A stretch of DNA of 63,950 bases, filler included, from Vicugna vicugna (taxonomy: Eukaryota), in the NCBI GenBank assembly GCA_013265495.1. It is 73 parts of 73 records of this genome, joined end to end, with 100 filler letters (N's around TTAATTAATTAA, not from the genome) between each part and the next. Parts side by side here need not be neighbours in the genome. Positions count along the whole stretch, not along the records: positions 35,633 to 36,503 come from MU061862.1; positions 36,604 to 37,313 come from PNXW01021351.1; positions 37,414 to 37,855 come from PNXW01021352.1; positions 37,956 to 38,291 come from PNXW01021358.1; positions 38,392 to 38,837 come from PNXW01021368.1; positions 38,938 to 39,961 come from MU061869.1; positions 40,062 to 41,005 come from MU061872.1; positions 41,106 to 41,625 come from MU061873.1; 65 more parts are not named here. One strand, 5' to 3'. The position numbers were made by a program, and so were the translations under genes. Every line of letters starts with the position of its first letter. The stretch's first letter is position 1. Of this stretch, positions 35,633-48,645 are shown one piece after another. The notes beneath the pieces were generated by a model. The model ran no database searches. It was not told where the DNA came from and worked only from the letters and a program-made list of their open reading frames with translations.

Positions 35633-36503
35633 GCATTCCCTGGCAGAGAGACATTAGGAAAATCCTCAGGGGAGACAGTCTTAGGCTTTCCGCTAGAAAC
35701 TACGCGCTGACGACCGTTGGTGGAATCTCCCCACGCTAAGTATTCCGGAACCATTGTCAGTGCGTGGGGGAGCTCGAGAGACAACTCCACCCAGCTCTCT
35801 TCAGTCACAGGTGTTCCCTGTTCGGGAAGTCCGAGAAACAACTTCCATGACCTTGGGGAGGCAGCCTCTGACACTGGGATATCCTGCAAACACCCCTAGC
35901 CTTCCCTGGCCTAGAGACATTAGGAAAACCCTCAGGGGAGACGAGCTTTGGCTTTCCGTTAGAACCCACGCGCTGCCGACCGTTGATGGAACCTCCCCAA
36001 GCTCAGGATTCCGGAACCATTGTCAGTGCGTGGGGGAGCTCGAGAGACAACTCCACGAAGCTCTCTTCAGTCACAGTTATTCCCTGTTCGGGGAAGTCCG
36101 AGAACTAACTTCCCTGAACTTGGGGGGGCAGCCTCTGTCACTGGGATATCCTGCAAACCACCCTAGCATTCCCTGGCACAGAGATATTAGGAAAACCATC
36201 NNNNNNNNNNNNNNNNNNNNNNNNNNNNNNNNNNNNNNNNNNNNNNNNNNNNNNNNNNNNNNNNNNNNNNNNNNNNNNNNNNNNNNNNNNNNNNNNNNNN
36301 NNNNNNNNNNNNNNNNNNNNNNNNNNNNNNNNNNNNNNNNTTCGGGGAAGGAAATAACTTCCCTGAACTTGGGGAGGCAGCCTCTGTCACTGGGATATCC
36401 TGCAAACCGCCCTAGCATTCCGTGCACAGAGACATTAGGAAAATCCTCAGGGGAGATATGCTTAGGCATTCCGTTAGAAACCACGCGCTGCCGACCGTTG
36501 GTG
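35633..36503 (+). repeat. Satellite A array
   Basis: gac/tattaggaaaa at 35650, 35916 and 36183 (266 and 267 bp). Confidence 0.95.
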
Positions 36504-36603
36504 NNNNNNNNNNNNNNNNNNNNNNNNNNNNNNNNNNNNNNNNNNNNTTAATTAATTAANNNNNNNNNNNNNNNNNNNNNNNNNNNNNNNNNNNNNNNNN
36601 NNN

Positions 36604-37313
36604 ATGGCACCGGCACGGTTCGGCAGCGAGGACACCATGTTCGGGCTGTGGGATCATTCCAGCAGGCCCTGTTGTGTGACATTCATAGATATGCTTCAAC
36701 TGGTGTTTCTCTAGACAGAGAAGCTCTTGTAAGAACTGGTTTCAGTGGGACATTCCCGTGGCACTACAAAGCACAAGCGCACTCACACTCTGCTCTTCTG
36801 GAAACACTCCAAAATAACAGAGAGTAGAATGCAGTGTTGAGAACCTTTAAAAGCTCCATTTCCACCAGAGGAAGTGTCCTGTGCTCTTTCAGATTTGTGA
36901 GATAAGCGTAATGAAAATGAGGTTATCCTAATCGAAATAATAGGGGGGTTCATCACAACAAAGGCAACACCAGCAATTGGAGATAGACCAGACAACACAC
37001 ACAGAAACAGGACATGGCATCAATGTCTAGGAAAATTTGTCCTCACAGAAATCCCATGCAATTGTGTAGAGCCAAGAGTCTAAAGTTTTCACTTAACCAA
37101 GCCCTAGAAGTCTACATTAGATACCTGAAATTACCTGACCAGTAGAGATGAAGAAATACAGTAAAAGGAAAAGGAAGTACCATTATCAGTTCCAAAGAGA
37201 TTGAAGGCCCTAAAGATAAGCTTTCAGACAACTAGACTGCAAAGCGCTCTCCAGAGCAAGTATTAAATTTGGAGGTGAGGGAAACACTGAAGAACAAGAG
37301 TGTCTCAGAATCA
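36604..37313 (+). repeat. Multi-copy block G (copy 3, extends the unit upstream)
   Basis: About 36730-37313 is colinear with 14013-14510 and 13477-13912. Confidence 0.88.
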
Positions 37314-37413
37314 NNNNNNNNNNNNNNNNNNNNNNNNNNNNNNNNNNNNNNNNNNNNTTAATTAATTAANNNNNNNNNNNNNNNNNNNNNNNNNNNNNNN
37401 NNNNNNNNNNNNN

Positions 37414-37854
37414 TTTAGAACATGGAATGCAAAACACAGAATTTAGAATATAGAATATAGTATACTGAATACAGAATTAAGAATATAGAACATAGAGCAC
37501 AGAATACAGTATATAGAATACAGAATGCAGTTATAGAATACAAAATATATAACGTAGAACAAAGAATATAGAATATGGAATACAAAATACAGAACCCATA
37601 ATTTAGAACTTGGAATGCAGAACACAGAATTTAGAATATATAAAACAGAATACTGAATATAGAATTTAGAAAATAGAATGCAGAACACAGAATTTAGAAT
37701 ATAGGAAACAGAATACTGAATATAGAGATAAGAATTTAGAATTATAACTCAGAATTTAGAATATAGGTTACGGAATGCAAAATATAGTATGTAGAGTATA
37801 AAAAATATAAAAAGAAGAACACACAATATAGAATATAGAATAGAGAATATAGAA
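37414..37854 (+). repeat. Satellite E (heptamer-based, 63-bp higher period)
   Basis: tttagaa....gaatgcagaacacagaatttagaatata at about 37602 and 37665. Confidence 0.93.
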
Positions 37855-38937
37855 CNNNNNNNNNNNNNNNNNNNNNNNNNNNNNNNNNNNNNNNNNNNNT
37901 TAATTAATTAANNNNNNNNNNNNNNNNNNNNNNNNNNNNNNNNNNNNNNNNNNNNCGCATCTCTCCTCAATCCGTTCAGCCAGGTTTTCGGCCAGAATCT
38001 TTTTTGTCTCCCATAAAGTCGAATTCAAAAGGACTGGGCAAGTCAGAAAGTACCTCGGAGCCTCACCAGGTAGCTGATGACATGCAGATCTTCCACTGTC
38101 TGCCCTTTCAAGTGCTGGAAACTGACCCGTGAACTCAGGTTTTGGGCTGCAGCAGTATCTCGAACTGACACAGCTTCCCGAAACAAAGACCTAAGCCAAG
38201 CTCCACAGAGGGCGGCAGCCCCTCCATCACACTGATCCACCCACAGAACTCTTCCCGGTTACCTAGGATCCACCAGCCACAACCAGCCTCGNNNNNNNNN
38301 NNNNNNNNNNNNNNNNNNNNNNNNNNNNNNNNNNNTTAATTAATTAANNNNNNNNNNNNNNNNNNNNNNNNNNNNNNNNNNNNNNNNNNNNTCTAATGCA
38401 TAGCCAAGATTTAGAATCTGAGTTTCTTAAAATCATGTTGTACCAGTACCTAATAAGTCTTAAAATGTACAGATCCCAGGAAGTTTACTGGATGCAGCAC
38501 ACAGAACTCTGGCCTCAGTGCTCACTTTCATTCAAGAATTGCCTAGTCTATACTGCCTAGGACCAGTAGACTAAGTAAAGAGGGATGTATTGCCTTACTG
38601 CACAATATGCCTGCTGGAGGGGGAAATCGGGCTCTTGTTAAATTCGACTGACTTCTATATGTGTAATTAGAATTCTCAGTTACACAGCCTGGCTTGTCCA
38701 GCTCAGGCTACCACACACTTTCAACTATAACACAGACATTTGATTGTGAGATTATGAGGCAATTGTTGAAGCTAAGCACGATCCTCTATGAGATTCGAGA
38801 AAGCACCTCAGACGCTGTGGTCACGTCTAGCCTATCCNNNNNNNNNNNNNNNNNNNNNNNNNNNNNNNNNNNNNNNNNNNNTTAATTAATTAANNNNNNN
38901 NNNNNNNNNNNNNNNNNNNNNNNNNNNNNNNNNNNNN

Positions 38938-39961
38938 ACACTCTTTGAGCGAAATCTCACCAATACACATGTAATTTACATTTTTACATATCCATGGCAT
39001 TCCTTACGAGGAACATGTTTCATGCATCAAGGATTCCTCAAACATGCATTTCTGAGTTGTGAACATGCGCATGACTGATGTTTCAACCACCAAACAAGTT
39101 ACCAATGCACTCTGAAATATTTACTTTGACTTCGTAGCTTCTTCCTATCACCAGTTTCAANNNNNNNNNNNNNNNNNNNNNNNNNNNNNNNNNNNNNNNN
39201 NNNNNNNNNNNNNNNNNNNNNNNNNNNNNNNNNNNNNNNNNNNNNNNNNNNNNNNNNNNNNNNNNNNNNNNNNNNNNNNNNNNNNNNNNNNNNNNNNNNN
39301 NNNNNNNNNNNNNNNNNNNNNNNNNNNNNNNNNNNNNNNNNNNNNNNNNNNNNNNNNNNNNNNNNNNNNNNNNNNNNNNNNNNNNNNNNNNNNNNNNNNN
39401 NNNNNNNNNNNNNNNNNNNNNNNNNNNNNNNNNNNNNNNNNNNNNNNNNNNNNNNNNNNNNNNNNNNNNNNNNNNNNNNNNNNNNNNNNNNNNNNNNNNN
39501 NNNNNNNNNNNNNNNNNNNNNNNNNNNNNNNNNNNNNNNNNNNNNNNNNNNNNNNNNNNNNNNNNNNNNNNNNNNNNNNNNNNNNNNNNNNNNNNNNNNN
39601 NNNNNNNNNNNNNNNNNNNNNNNNNNNNNNNNNNNNNNNNNNNNNNNNNNNNNNNNNNNNNNNNNNTTGAGCGAATTCTCACAAATACACCTGTAATTTA
39701 CATTGTTTTCATAACCATGGCATTCCATATTACGAACATGATTCATGCATCACGGATTCCTCAAACTTGAATTTCTGAGTTGTGAACATGTGCCTGACTC
39801 ATCTTTCAAACACCCAACAAGTTACCTATGCACTTTGATATATTTATATTGACTTCGAAGTTTCTGCCTATCACCAGTATCTAGAATCACACTTTGATCC
39901 CAAAAAAACACTCTTCGAGCGAATTCTACCCTATAGATATGTAATTTGAATAGATTCCATC
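38938..39961 (-). repeat. Satellite C higher-order array (reverse)
   Basis: Read on the minus strand: a-b-(gap)-a'-b. Confidence 0.9.
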
Positions 39962-40061
39962 NNNNNNNNNNNNNNNNNNNNNNNNNNNNNNNNNNNNNNN
40001 NNNNNTTAATTAATTAANNNNNNNNNNNNNNNNNNNNNNNNNNNNNNNNNNNNNNNNNNNN

Positions 40062-41005
40062 TAGCGAGAGCCTATCCATGGGATGTGGGATTTCTACCTA
40101 CAACCCACAAGCATTTAATAAATGTGCCCCCTGAAAGATGCTTTGTCTGTTTCCCTACATCCAGCACACACGCGAAGAATTGTTCTGTTATTCTGAGTGT
40201 GGGGAGGTTCCTCAAACTGACAGCAGAACCTGGGTTCTATTACTATCCCTTAACTTCTGTTCCCTGAGTGTTCATTTAGGCCAGGCCATGAGGGAAACCT
40301 GGGGGTTGGGCTTGGAGGCCAAGTAGCAGTGAGTGCCCCCTGATCCACTGAGGAATTACTTAGAGGACTTCTCCCTAAACGGAACACCTTTTCCTNNNNN
40401 NNNNNNNNNNNNNNNNNNNNNNNNNNNNNNNNNNNNNNNNNNNNNNNNNNNNNNNNNNNNNNNNNNNNNNNNNNNNNNNNNNNNNNNNNNNNNNNNNNNN
40501 NNNNNNNNNNNNNNNNNNNNNNNNNNNNNNNNNNNNNNNNNNNNNNNNNNNNNNNNNNNNNNNNNNNNNNNNNNNNNNNNNNNNNCTCTATGGTTAGGTG
40601 TTTAAACTACATCCCTAACCTGGGAACACCTGTGCCTCCATAAAGATCCGTGGAGTCTGTTTCCACACCTCCAGCACACACACGAACACTTGCACATTTA
40701 TCCTGTCCTGANNNNNNNNNNNNNNNNNNNNNNNNNNNNNNNNNNNNNNNNNNNNNNNNNNNNNNNNNNNNNNNNNNNNNNNNNNNNNNNNNNNNNNNNN
40801 NNNNNNNNNNNNNNNNNNNNNNNNNNNNNNNNNNNNNNNNNNNNNNNNNNNNNNNNNNNNNNNNNNNNNNNNNNNNNCATGGGAATAGCTCCTTGAAAAT
40901 AGCATGGACTCATTATCCCCACCACCAGAACACACATGAAGAAGTTTTATGATATCCTGAGTGTGGGCTGGCAATTTCAGGTGACAGAAGCGGCTGGGCT
41001 GGGTT
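40062..41005 (+). repeat. Satellite D higher-order array
   Basis: 40062-40395 closely matches 49084-49415; continues into further diverged monomers. Confidence 0.88.
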
Positions 41006-41779
41006 NNNNNNNNNNNNNNNNNNNNNNNNNNNNNNNNNNNNNNNNNNNNTTAATTAATTAANNNNNNNNNNNNNNNNNNNNNNNNNNNNNNNNNNNNNNN
41101 NNNNNTAGCTCTGATTCAGCCCCACACGTGCTCTATTGGCAAAATACCCAGTTGGTCCCTTGTCCTGCAGATGCACTGGGTGTGGCCATGGGACATTTCG
41201 GTAATCTCAACCGCGCGACCAGTGTGGTTGATTTATCATTGGTACACTGTTCGGTTTGCTCTCTTGATTAGACCCACCACATCCCACAACGCACTNNNNN
41301 NNNNNNNNNNNNNNNNNNNNNNNNNNNNNNNNNNNNNNNNNNNNNNNNNNNNNNNNNNNNNNNNNNNNNNNNNNNNNNNNNNNNNNNNNNNNNNNNNNNN
41401 NNNNNNNNNNNNNNNNNNNNNNNNNNNNNNNNCTGTCAGCCAAGCATCTGCTGTGCACTCTTGTAAATCTCAGCACATCACCTTCAATCTCATGCCTCCT
41501 GTCCGCTTGAGAGGGTGCGTCCAAGTTAAACAGGGTTTCAACATTGTAGGTCAGACCCTGCACTGGTTTCCATTCCCTGGTTTGCCTAGTCCTGCTTCCA
41601 GGTGTCCTGAGGCCTCATCCTGTCTNNNNNNNNNNNNNNNNNNNNNNNNNNNNNNNNNNNNNNNNNNNNTTAATTAATTAANNNNNNNNNNNNNNNNNNN
41701 NNNNNNNNNNNNNNNNNNNNNNNNNCCCAACAACAGGCACTCCCAGAGACAGCATCAGCAGTCTTCTGCATACTCACGG

Positions 41780-42030
41780 TTGTGCAGCCCTTAACACCAT
41801 CTACATCCAGAACACTTCATCGTCCGAAAAGAATACCCCTGTCAGTAGCAGTCACTCCCCAACCCCCCTCCATCCAGCCCCTTGCAACAATCATCTGCTC
41901 TCTGCCTCTGCATGTGCATTTTCTGGGCATTTCTGATCACTGAAGTCAACAATATGTGGCCGTTGGTGTCTGGATCCTTTCACTTAACGTTCTGTTATCA
42001 AGGCTCGTCCATCTTGAAGTGATATCAGCA
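41780..42030 (-). mobile_element. Old L1 (L1MB-like) 3' end fragment
   Basis: ttgtgcagccc...ccagaacacttcatc...agcagtcactcccc...cagccccttgcaacaatcatctgctctctgcctctg...caatatgtggcc...ctttcacttaac. Confidence 0.78.
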
Positions 42031-43236
42031 TCTCTCTTTTTTTTATGAAAATGTTAAACTTTATTAGAAGGTGGTAAATACTATCAAAAAGAGTAGAGAG
42101 GAGTTTAAGGGGTGGGATTTCAAAGGGAAAAGGGTGGGTTGAGCAGTCACGGTGGACTTCCCAGAGCAGGTGGCTTTTTCCAATTTTTTCATACTTTATT
42201 TATTTTTTCTTTTTTATTCACCCTTATGTCTGAATAATGTTCCACTAAATGAAGATACTGCATTTTGTTCATCCATTCAGCAGCTATAAATGGACGAGGT
42301 CCAGGAAAATGAGTGTAAGATGTGGCTAGCAGGGATGGCATTTAAGCAAAGGGCAAGATGTGCTTTCAAAAAAAAAGTGAACAATCAGAGGCACAAGGAA
42401 ATTCAGCGNNNNNNNNNNNNNNNNNNNNNNNNNNNNNNNNNNNNNNNNNNNNNNNNNNNNNNNNNNNNNNNNNNNNNNNNNNNNNNNNNNNNNNNNNNNN
42501 NNNNNNNNNNNNNNNNNNNNNNNNNNNNNNNNNNNNNNNNNNNNNNNNNNNNNNNNNNNNNNNNNNNNNNNNNNNNNNNNNNNNNNNNNNNNNNNNNNNN
42601 NNNNNNNNNNNNNNNNNNNNNNNNNNNNNNNNNNNNNNNNNNNNNNNNNNNNNNNNNNNNNNNNNNNNNNNNNNNNNNNNNNNNNNNNNNNNNNNNNNNN
42701 NNNNNNNNNNNNNNNNNNNNNNNNNNNNNNNNNNNNNNNNNNNNNNNNNNNNNNNNNNNNNNNNNNNNNNNNNNNNNNNNNNNNNNNNNNNNNNNNNNNN
42801 NNNNNNNNNNNNNNNNNNNNNNNNNNNNNNNNNNNNNNNNNNNNNNNNNNNNNNNNNNNNNNNNNNNNNNNNNNNNNNAAAAAAAAAAAAAAAAAGAGAG
42901 AGAGAGAGAAGAAAAGAAAAGGAAAGAAAAGAAAAGAATAAAGCTAAGAAATCAAATTTAGCCTCTTCCATTGAAAACCACCCACCATCACTGCCAGTAT
43001 CTGAGCTGGAATGATCCTGACTTCAAAAACCACTGCGCAGTTACTTTTCAAACGTGACAGACATATATCTATTTCACGTAGATGATATTATAGTGGGATC
43101 TTTCTTTTTGAAATTTCCAGTTGCAACATTAGCAGANNNNNNNNNNNNNNNNNNNNNNNNNNNNNNNNNNNNNNNNNNNNTTAATTAATTAANNNNNNNN
43201 NNNNNNNNNNNNNNNNNNNNNNNNNNNNNNNNNNNN

Positions 43237-44400
43237 CATTGTCAGTGAGTGGGGGAGCTCGAGAGACATCTCCACGCATCTTTCTTCAGTCACAGGTGTT
43301 CCCTGTTCGGCAAGTCCGAGAAATAACTTCCCTGACCTTGGGGAGGCAGCCTCTGAAACTGGGATATCATGCAAACCCCCCTAGAATTCCCTGGCACAGA
43401 GACATTAGGAAAACACTCAGGGTAGACGACTTTTGTTATTCCGTTAGAACCCAAGCGCTGCCGACAGTTGGTGGAACCTCCCCAAGCTCAGGATTCCGGA
43501 AACATAGTCAGTGCGTGGGGGAGCTCGAGAGACAACTCCACGCAGCTCTCTTTAGTCACAGGTGTTCCCTGTTCGGGGAAGTCCGAGAAATNNNNNNNNN
43601 NNNNNNNNNNNNNNNNNNNNNNNNNNNNNNNNNNNNNNNNNNNNNNNNNNNNNNNNNNNNNNNNNNNNNNNNNNNNNNNNNNNNNNNNNNNNNNNNNNNN
43701 NNNNNNNNNNNNNNNNNNNNNNNNNNNNNNNNNNNNNNNNNNNNNNNNNNNNNNNNNNNNNNNNNNNNNNNNNNNNNNNNNNNNNNNNNNNNNNNNNNNN
43801 NNNNNNNNNNNNNNNNNNNNNNNNNNNNNNNNNNNNNNNNNNNNNNNNNNNNNNNNNNNNNNNNNNNNNNNNNNNNNNNNNNNNNNNNNNNNNNNNNNNN
43901 NNNNNNNNNNNNNNNNNNNNNNNNNNNNNNNNNNNNNNNNNNNNNNNNNNNNNNNNNNNNNNNNNNNNNNNNNNNNNNNNNNNNNNNNNNNNNNNNNNNN
44001 NNNNATTGTCAGTGCGTTGGGGATCTCGAGAGAAAACTCCACGAAGCTCTCTTCAGTCATAGGTGTTCCCTGTCCTGTGAATTTGAAGAAATAACTTCCT
44101 TGAACTTGGGGAGGCAGCCTCGGTCACTGGGATACCCTGTAAAACCCCTAGCATTCCCTGGCACAGAGACACAAGAAAAACCCTCGGGGCAGACGAGCTT
44201 AGGCATCCCGTTAGATCCCACGCGCTGCTGACCGTCGTTGGAACCTCCCCAAGCTCAGGATTCCGGAAAAACTGTCAGTCCGTGGCGAAGCTCGAGAGAC
44301 AACTCCACGCAGCTCTATTCAGTCACAGGTGATCCCTTTCCGTGGAAGTCTGAGTAATACTTTCCCTGACCTTGGGGAGGCTGCCTCTGTCACTGGGATA
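43237..44400 (+). repeat. Satellite A array
   Basis: Multiple monomers on both sides of the gap. Confidence 0.94.
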
Positions 44401-44654
44401 NNNNNNNNNNNNNNNNNNNNNNNNNNNNNNNNNNNNNNNNNNNNTTAATTAATTAANNNNNNNNNNNNNNNNNNNNNNNNNNNNNNNNNNNNNNNNNNNN
44501 TTATTGTTATTGTTTGCCCTCGAGTTCCATAGGAAGGTGTGCTGTATCAGGGTGTCTAAAGTCAGATCTGAACAAAGATAGGGTGACAGGCTGTGCTGCT
44601 GTTCCTCCACAGTTGAAGGGGATTTCCACCTTAGCTTTATATTCAAGGCAGATG

Positions 44655-44790
44655 AGTTCAAATCTTGCCTTTACCAGTTATTATCTTTGTGAATTTGGGG
44701 AGAAACTGTACTTTTTTGTGTCCAAATTTGTTTATCTGTAAGTAAGTTCAGTATTTATTTTAAGGTTTCTGTTTTAGAATTGAATGAGCT
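44655..44790 (+). mobile_element. MIR SINE fragment
   Basis: gagttcaaatcttgcctttaccagttattatctttgtgaatttggggaga...tttgtttatctgtaag resembles the MIR core. Confidence 0.65.
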
Positions 44791-45261
44791 AATACTCTAG
44801 AGCTTATTCCCTCATTTATACCTAAAATAGTGGTCTCATGGTTCTATGCTGGTGCCTTGGTAGTTGATTACTAAGGGACTCCGCAGTGAGATTGGGGGTG
44901 GGGGACCCTGGATAATAGAGCTTATATTCCAGGATATGCTTGTAAAAGACTGGATGTGCAGTGGATTTTTAGTAAATATCTACTCCTTTCCTAATCTGCA
45001 TTGATTGTGTATATATCTTTATACTAATATATGAACAATTTTTATTGCAATTTAAATATCTTTGTAGTATTTACAATATCTAGCTATAAAAATACGTGAA
45101 AAAAAATTTGAATTTTTTTTCTTTTCAATAAGCAAAACAAAATAAAATAGAAAAGAAAAAANNNNNNNNNNNNNNNNNNNNNNNNNNNNNNNNNNNNNNN
45201 NNNNNTTAATTAATTAANNNNNNNNNNNNNNNNNNNNNNNNNNNNNNNNNNNNNNNNNNNN

Positions 45262-45448
45262 GAAAAAATCTGACTCCATAGAAGATCTGTCCTTTTGGCT
45301 TTAACCTTTTGCCCTCTTTTCTAGGCTTACTTTTACTAGCTCTGCACCTTTGTAAAACAATGTTGCCTTTAGCCTTAAATATACAGGAGAGCCTACTTTC
45401 AAGGCTCTGATTTTTAAGGATATTAACACTTTTGCACTTATATAAAGA
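45262..45448 (+). mobile_element. ERV1-type LTR, 5' part
   Basis: aaaatctgactccatagaagatctgtcctttt...ttgtaaaacaatgttgcctttagcctt; same family as the inverted copy at 45893-45941. Confidence 0.65.
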
Positions 45449-45892
45449 NNNNNNNNNNNNNNNNNNNNNNNNNNNNNNNNNNNNNNNNNNNNNNNNNNNN
45501 NNNNNNNNNNNNNNNNNNNNNNNNNNNNNNNNNNNNNNNNNNNNNNNNNNNNNNNNNNNNNNNNNNNNNNNNNNNNNNNNNNNNNNNNNNNNNNNNNNNN
45601 NNNNNNNNNNNNNNNNNNNNNNNNNNNNNNNNNNNNNNNNNNNNNNNNNNNNNNNNNNNNNNNNNNNNNNNNNNNNNNNNNNNNNNNNNNNNNNNNNNNN
45701 NNNNNNNNNNNNNNNNNNNNNNNNNNNNNNNNNNNNNNNNNNNNNNNNNNNNNNNNNNNNNNNNNNNNNNNNNNNNNNNNNNNNNNNNNNNNNNNNNNNN
45801 NNNNNNNNNNNNNNNNNNNNNNNNNNNNNNNNNNNNNNNNNNNNNNNNNNNNNNNNNNNNNNNNNNNNNNNNNNNNNNNNNNNNNNNNNNNN

Positions 45893-45941
45893 GAAAAGGA
45901 ACAGATCCAATATGGAGTCAGATTTGTTCTTCTCTATTACA
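45893..45941 (-). mobile_element. ERV1-type LTR 5' terminus, inverted
   Basis: Minus strand reads TGTAATAGAGAAGAACAAATCTGACTCCATATTGGATCTGTTCCTTTTC, with a canonical TG start. Confidence 0.65.
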
Positions 45942-46692
45942 GTGACTTTTGGTGAGAGCTAAGTGGATGATTCCTGGGTGGGTCCTCCACTGTCCCAGGC
46001 TGGATTTCAGGCAGGATCTCTGCCAGATTCACCATGATTTTGGACCTAATCTGCCGCAGAGAAACTGACAATTATTGGATTAAAATTACCTTTCAAAANN
46101 NNNNNNNNNNNNNNNNNNNNNNNNNNNNNNNNNNNNNNNNNNTTAATTAATTAANNNNNNNNNNNNNNNNNNNNNNNNNNNNNNNNNNNNNNNNNNNNTT
46201 TGAAGGGCCCGAGGTCTAGGGGAGCTCCTAATTAGCAGACACATTTGCCAGTTAGCAGATGAGGATGGAGGATCCCAGGAAAGGCTGTTCTTAATCCGAC
46301 CCCTGGGCTCTCGGGAGCCACGGGAAAGGCCTGTGTCCAGGGCATAGCCCAGCCATCACAGATCCCAGCCTGCATTTGTCAACCCGNNNNNNNNNNNNNN
46401 NNNNNNNNNNNNNNNNNNNNNNNNNNNNNNNNNNNNNNNNNNNNNNNNNNNNNNNNNNNNNNNNNNGGTAGGAGTGACAAGGTCCTAGGTCGGCCAAAGC
46501 ATCTTCCTTCATGGTTGACTGGGGTGTTGGGGACTCACTACCGCAAACTAATGACAAGGGCGACAGTGGTGGACGTCAACTGCAACGCAACANNNNNNNN
46601 NNNNNNNNNNNNNNNNNNNNNNNNNNNNNNNNNNNNTTAATTAATTAANNNNNNNNNNNNNNNNNNNNNNNNNNNNNNNNNNNNNNNNNNNN

Positions 46693-47201
46693 GTAAACAA
46701 TGTAAATTAAATGGGTATTGGTGAGAATTCGCTCAAACAGTGTTTTCAGGTGCCAAATGTCCGATTTTATAACCTGGTGATAGGAAAAACCTATGAAGTC
46801 AGAGTAAATATTTCTAAATTTATATACGCCTTGTTCGGAGGTTGAAAGGTCTGTAATCCACATGCTCACAAGTCAGAAACGCNNNNNNNNNNNNNNNNNN
46901 NNNNNNNNNNNNNNNNNNNNNNNNNNNNNNNNNNNNNNNNNNNNNNNNNNNNCATGTTGTTGGAATACATGTAAATTATATATCTGTTAGGTGGAAATCG
47001 CTGAAAACTATGTTTCTGTGAAAAAAGCACGAATTCGAACCTGGTGTTAGGGAAAGATTGTGAAACTGTGCACACATGTCTAGATGAAAATATTACTTTT
47101 ATAGAGGAGGAAAGATTAGTAATCCAGTTGACCGCAACTCAGGAATGAATATTTTGCGAGTCCGTCATGTATGTAGCATGTACGGAACACGGAATATCAT
47201 G
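46693..47201 (+). repeat. Satellite C higher-order array
   Basis: Order b-c-start of a, consistent with the other satellite C scaffolds. Confidence 0.9.
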
Positions 47202-47301
47202 NNNNNNNNNNNNNNNNNNNNNNNNNNNNNNNNNNNNNNNNNNNNTTAATTAATTAANNNNNNNNNNNNNNNNNNNNNNNNNNNNNNNNNNNNNNNNNNN
47301 N

Positions 47302-47736
47302 ACCTTTCTGGGCATGGTATCCTAGGTTGCAGGTTTTTCTGTCAGGACTTTGGATGTACCTTGCCACTCCCTTCTGGCCTGTAACATTTCTGTAGAGAAA
47401 TCAGCTGATAGCCTTATAGGAGGGGATCCCTTGTAGCTAACTCTTTGTTTTCCTCTTGCTGCCTTTGAATCCTCTCTTTAGCTTTGACTTTTGCCATTTA
47501 AATTTTAATATGCCTTATTAATATGCCTTGTTTCTCTTTGGGTTCATCTTGCTTGAAACCTTCTCCACTTCCTGTACCTGGATATCTGTTTCCTTCTACA
47601 GTGTCAGAAAGTTTTCAGTCATAATTCTTTCAAATACGTTTTGACCTCCTTTTCTCTTCTCCTTCTCGGGCCTCTATCATGCATAGATTGTCATGCTTTA
47701 TATTTTCCCATGGGTCTCTTATATTGCCTTCATCTT
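47302..47736 (-). mobile_element. LINE-1 ORF1 3' fragment
   Basis: ccactcccttctggcctgtaacatttctgtagagaaatcagctgatagccttat is antisense to IRLSADFSTEMLQARREW. Confidence 0.9.
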
Positions 47737-47920
47737 NNNNNNNNNNNNNNNNNNNNNNNNNNNNNNNNNNNNNNNNNNNNTTAATTAATTAANNNNNNNN
47801 NNNNNNNNNNNNNNNNNNNNNNNNNNNNNNNNNNNNCAAAGTGCACATAACACAGCTCCTGGTTGCAGGACCAGTGCCCAGGAGAGGTTCCTGCTCCAGA
47901 CTGCATCAAGTTGATGGCTT

Positions 47921-48060
47921 CTTTTTCCTTCCTTCCTCCCTCTCTCCCTTCCTCCCTCTCTCCCTTCCTTCTTCCTTCCTTCCTCCCTCCCTTTCTTTTT
48001 TCCTTCCTTCCTTCCTTCCTTCCTTCCCTCCTTCCTTCCTTTCTCTCTTTCTTTCTTTCT
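47921..48060 (+). repeat. (CCTT)n/(CTTT)n simple repeat
   Basis: Polypyrimidine tetranucleotide tract next to the gap, on the tail side of the adjacent L1. Confidence 0.93.
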
Positions 48061-48212
48061 NNNNNNNNNNNNNNNNNNNNNNNNNNNNNNNNNNNNNNNN
48101 NNNNNNNNNNNNNNNNNNNNNNNNNNNNNNNNNNNNNNNNNNNNNNNNNNNNNNNNNNNNNNNNNNNNNNNNNNNNNNNNNNNNNNNNNNNNNNNNNNNN
48201 NNNNNNNNNNNN

Positions 48213-48545
48213 GTCTTTTTTTAATTTCATTTTATTGAGTTATAGTCAGTTTACAATCTTGTGTCAATTTCCAGTGTAGAGCACAATTTTTCAGTTATAC
48301 ACGAACATACATATATTCATTGTCATATTCTTTTTCACTATGAGCTACCACAAGATCTTGTATATATTTCCCTGTGCTAGACAGTATAATCTTGTTTATC
48401 TATTCTACATATACTGTCAGTATCTACAAATCTCGAACTCCCAGTCTGCCCCTTCCCACCCCTCTCCCTCCGGCAACCACAAGTTTGTATTCTATGTCTA
48501 TGAGTCAGTATCTGTTTTGTATTTATGTTCATTTGTCTTTTTCTT
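48213..48545 (-). mobile_element. Lineage-type L1 3' end
   Basis: ttgtgtcaatttccagtgtagagcacaatttttcagttatac...ttccctgtgctagacagtataatcttgtttatctattcta is closely related to 5560-5775. Confidence 0.9.
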
Positions 48546-48645
48546 NNNNNNNNNNNNNNNNNNNNNNNNNNNNNNNNNNNNNNNNNNNNTTAATTAATTA
48601 ANNNNNNNNNNNNNNNNNNNNNNNNNNNNNNNNNNNNNNNNNNNN

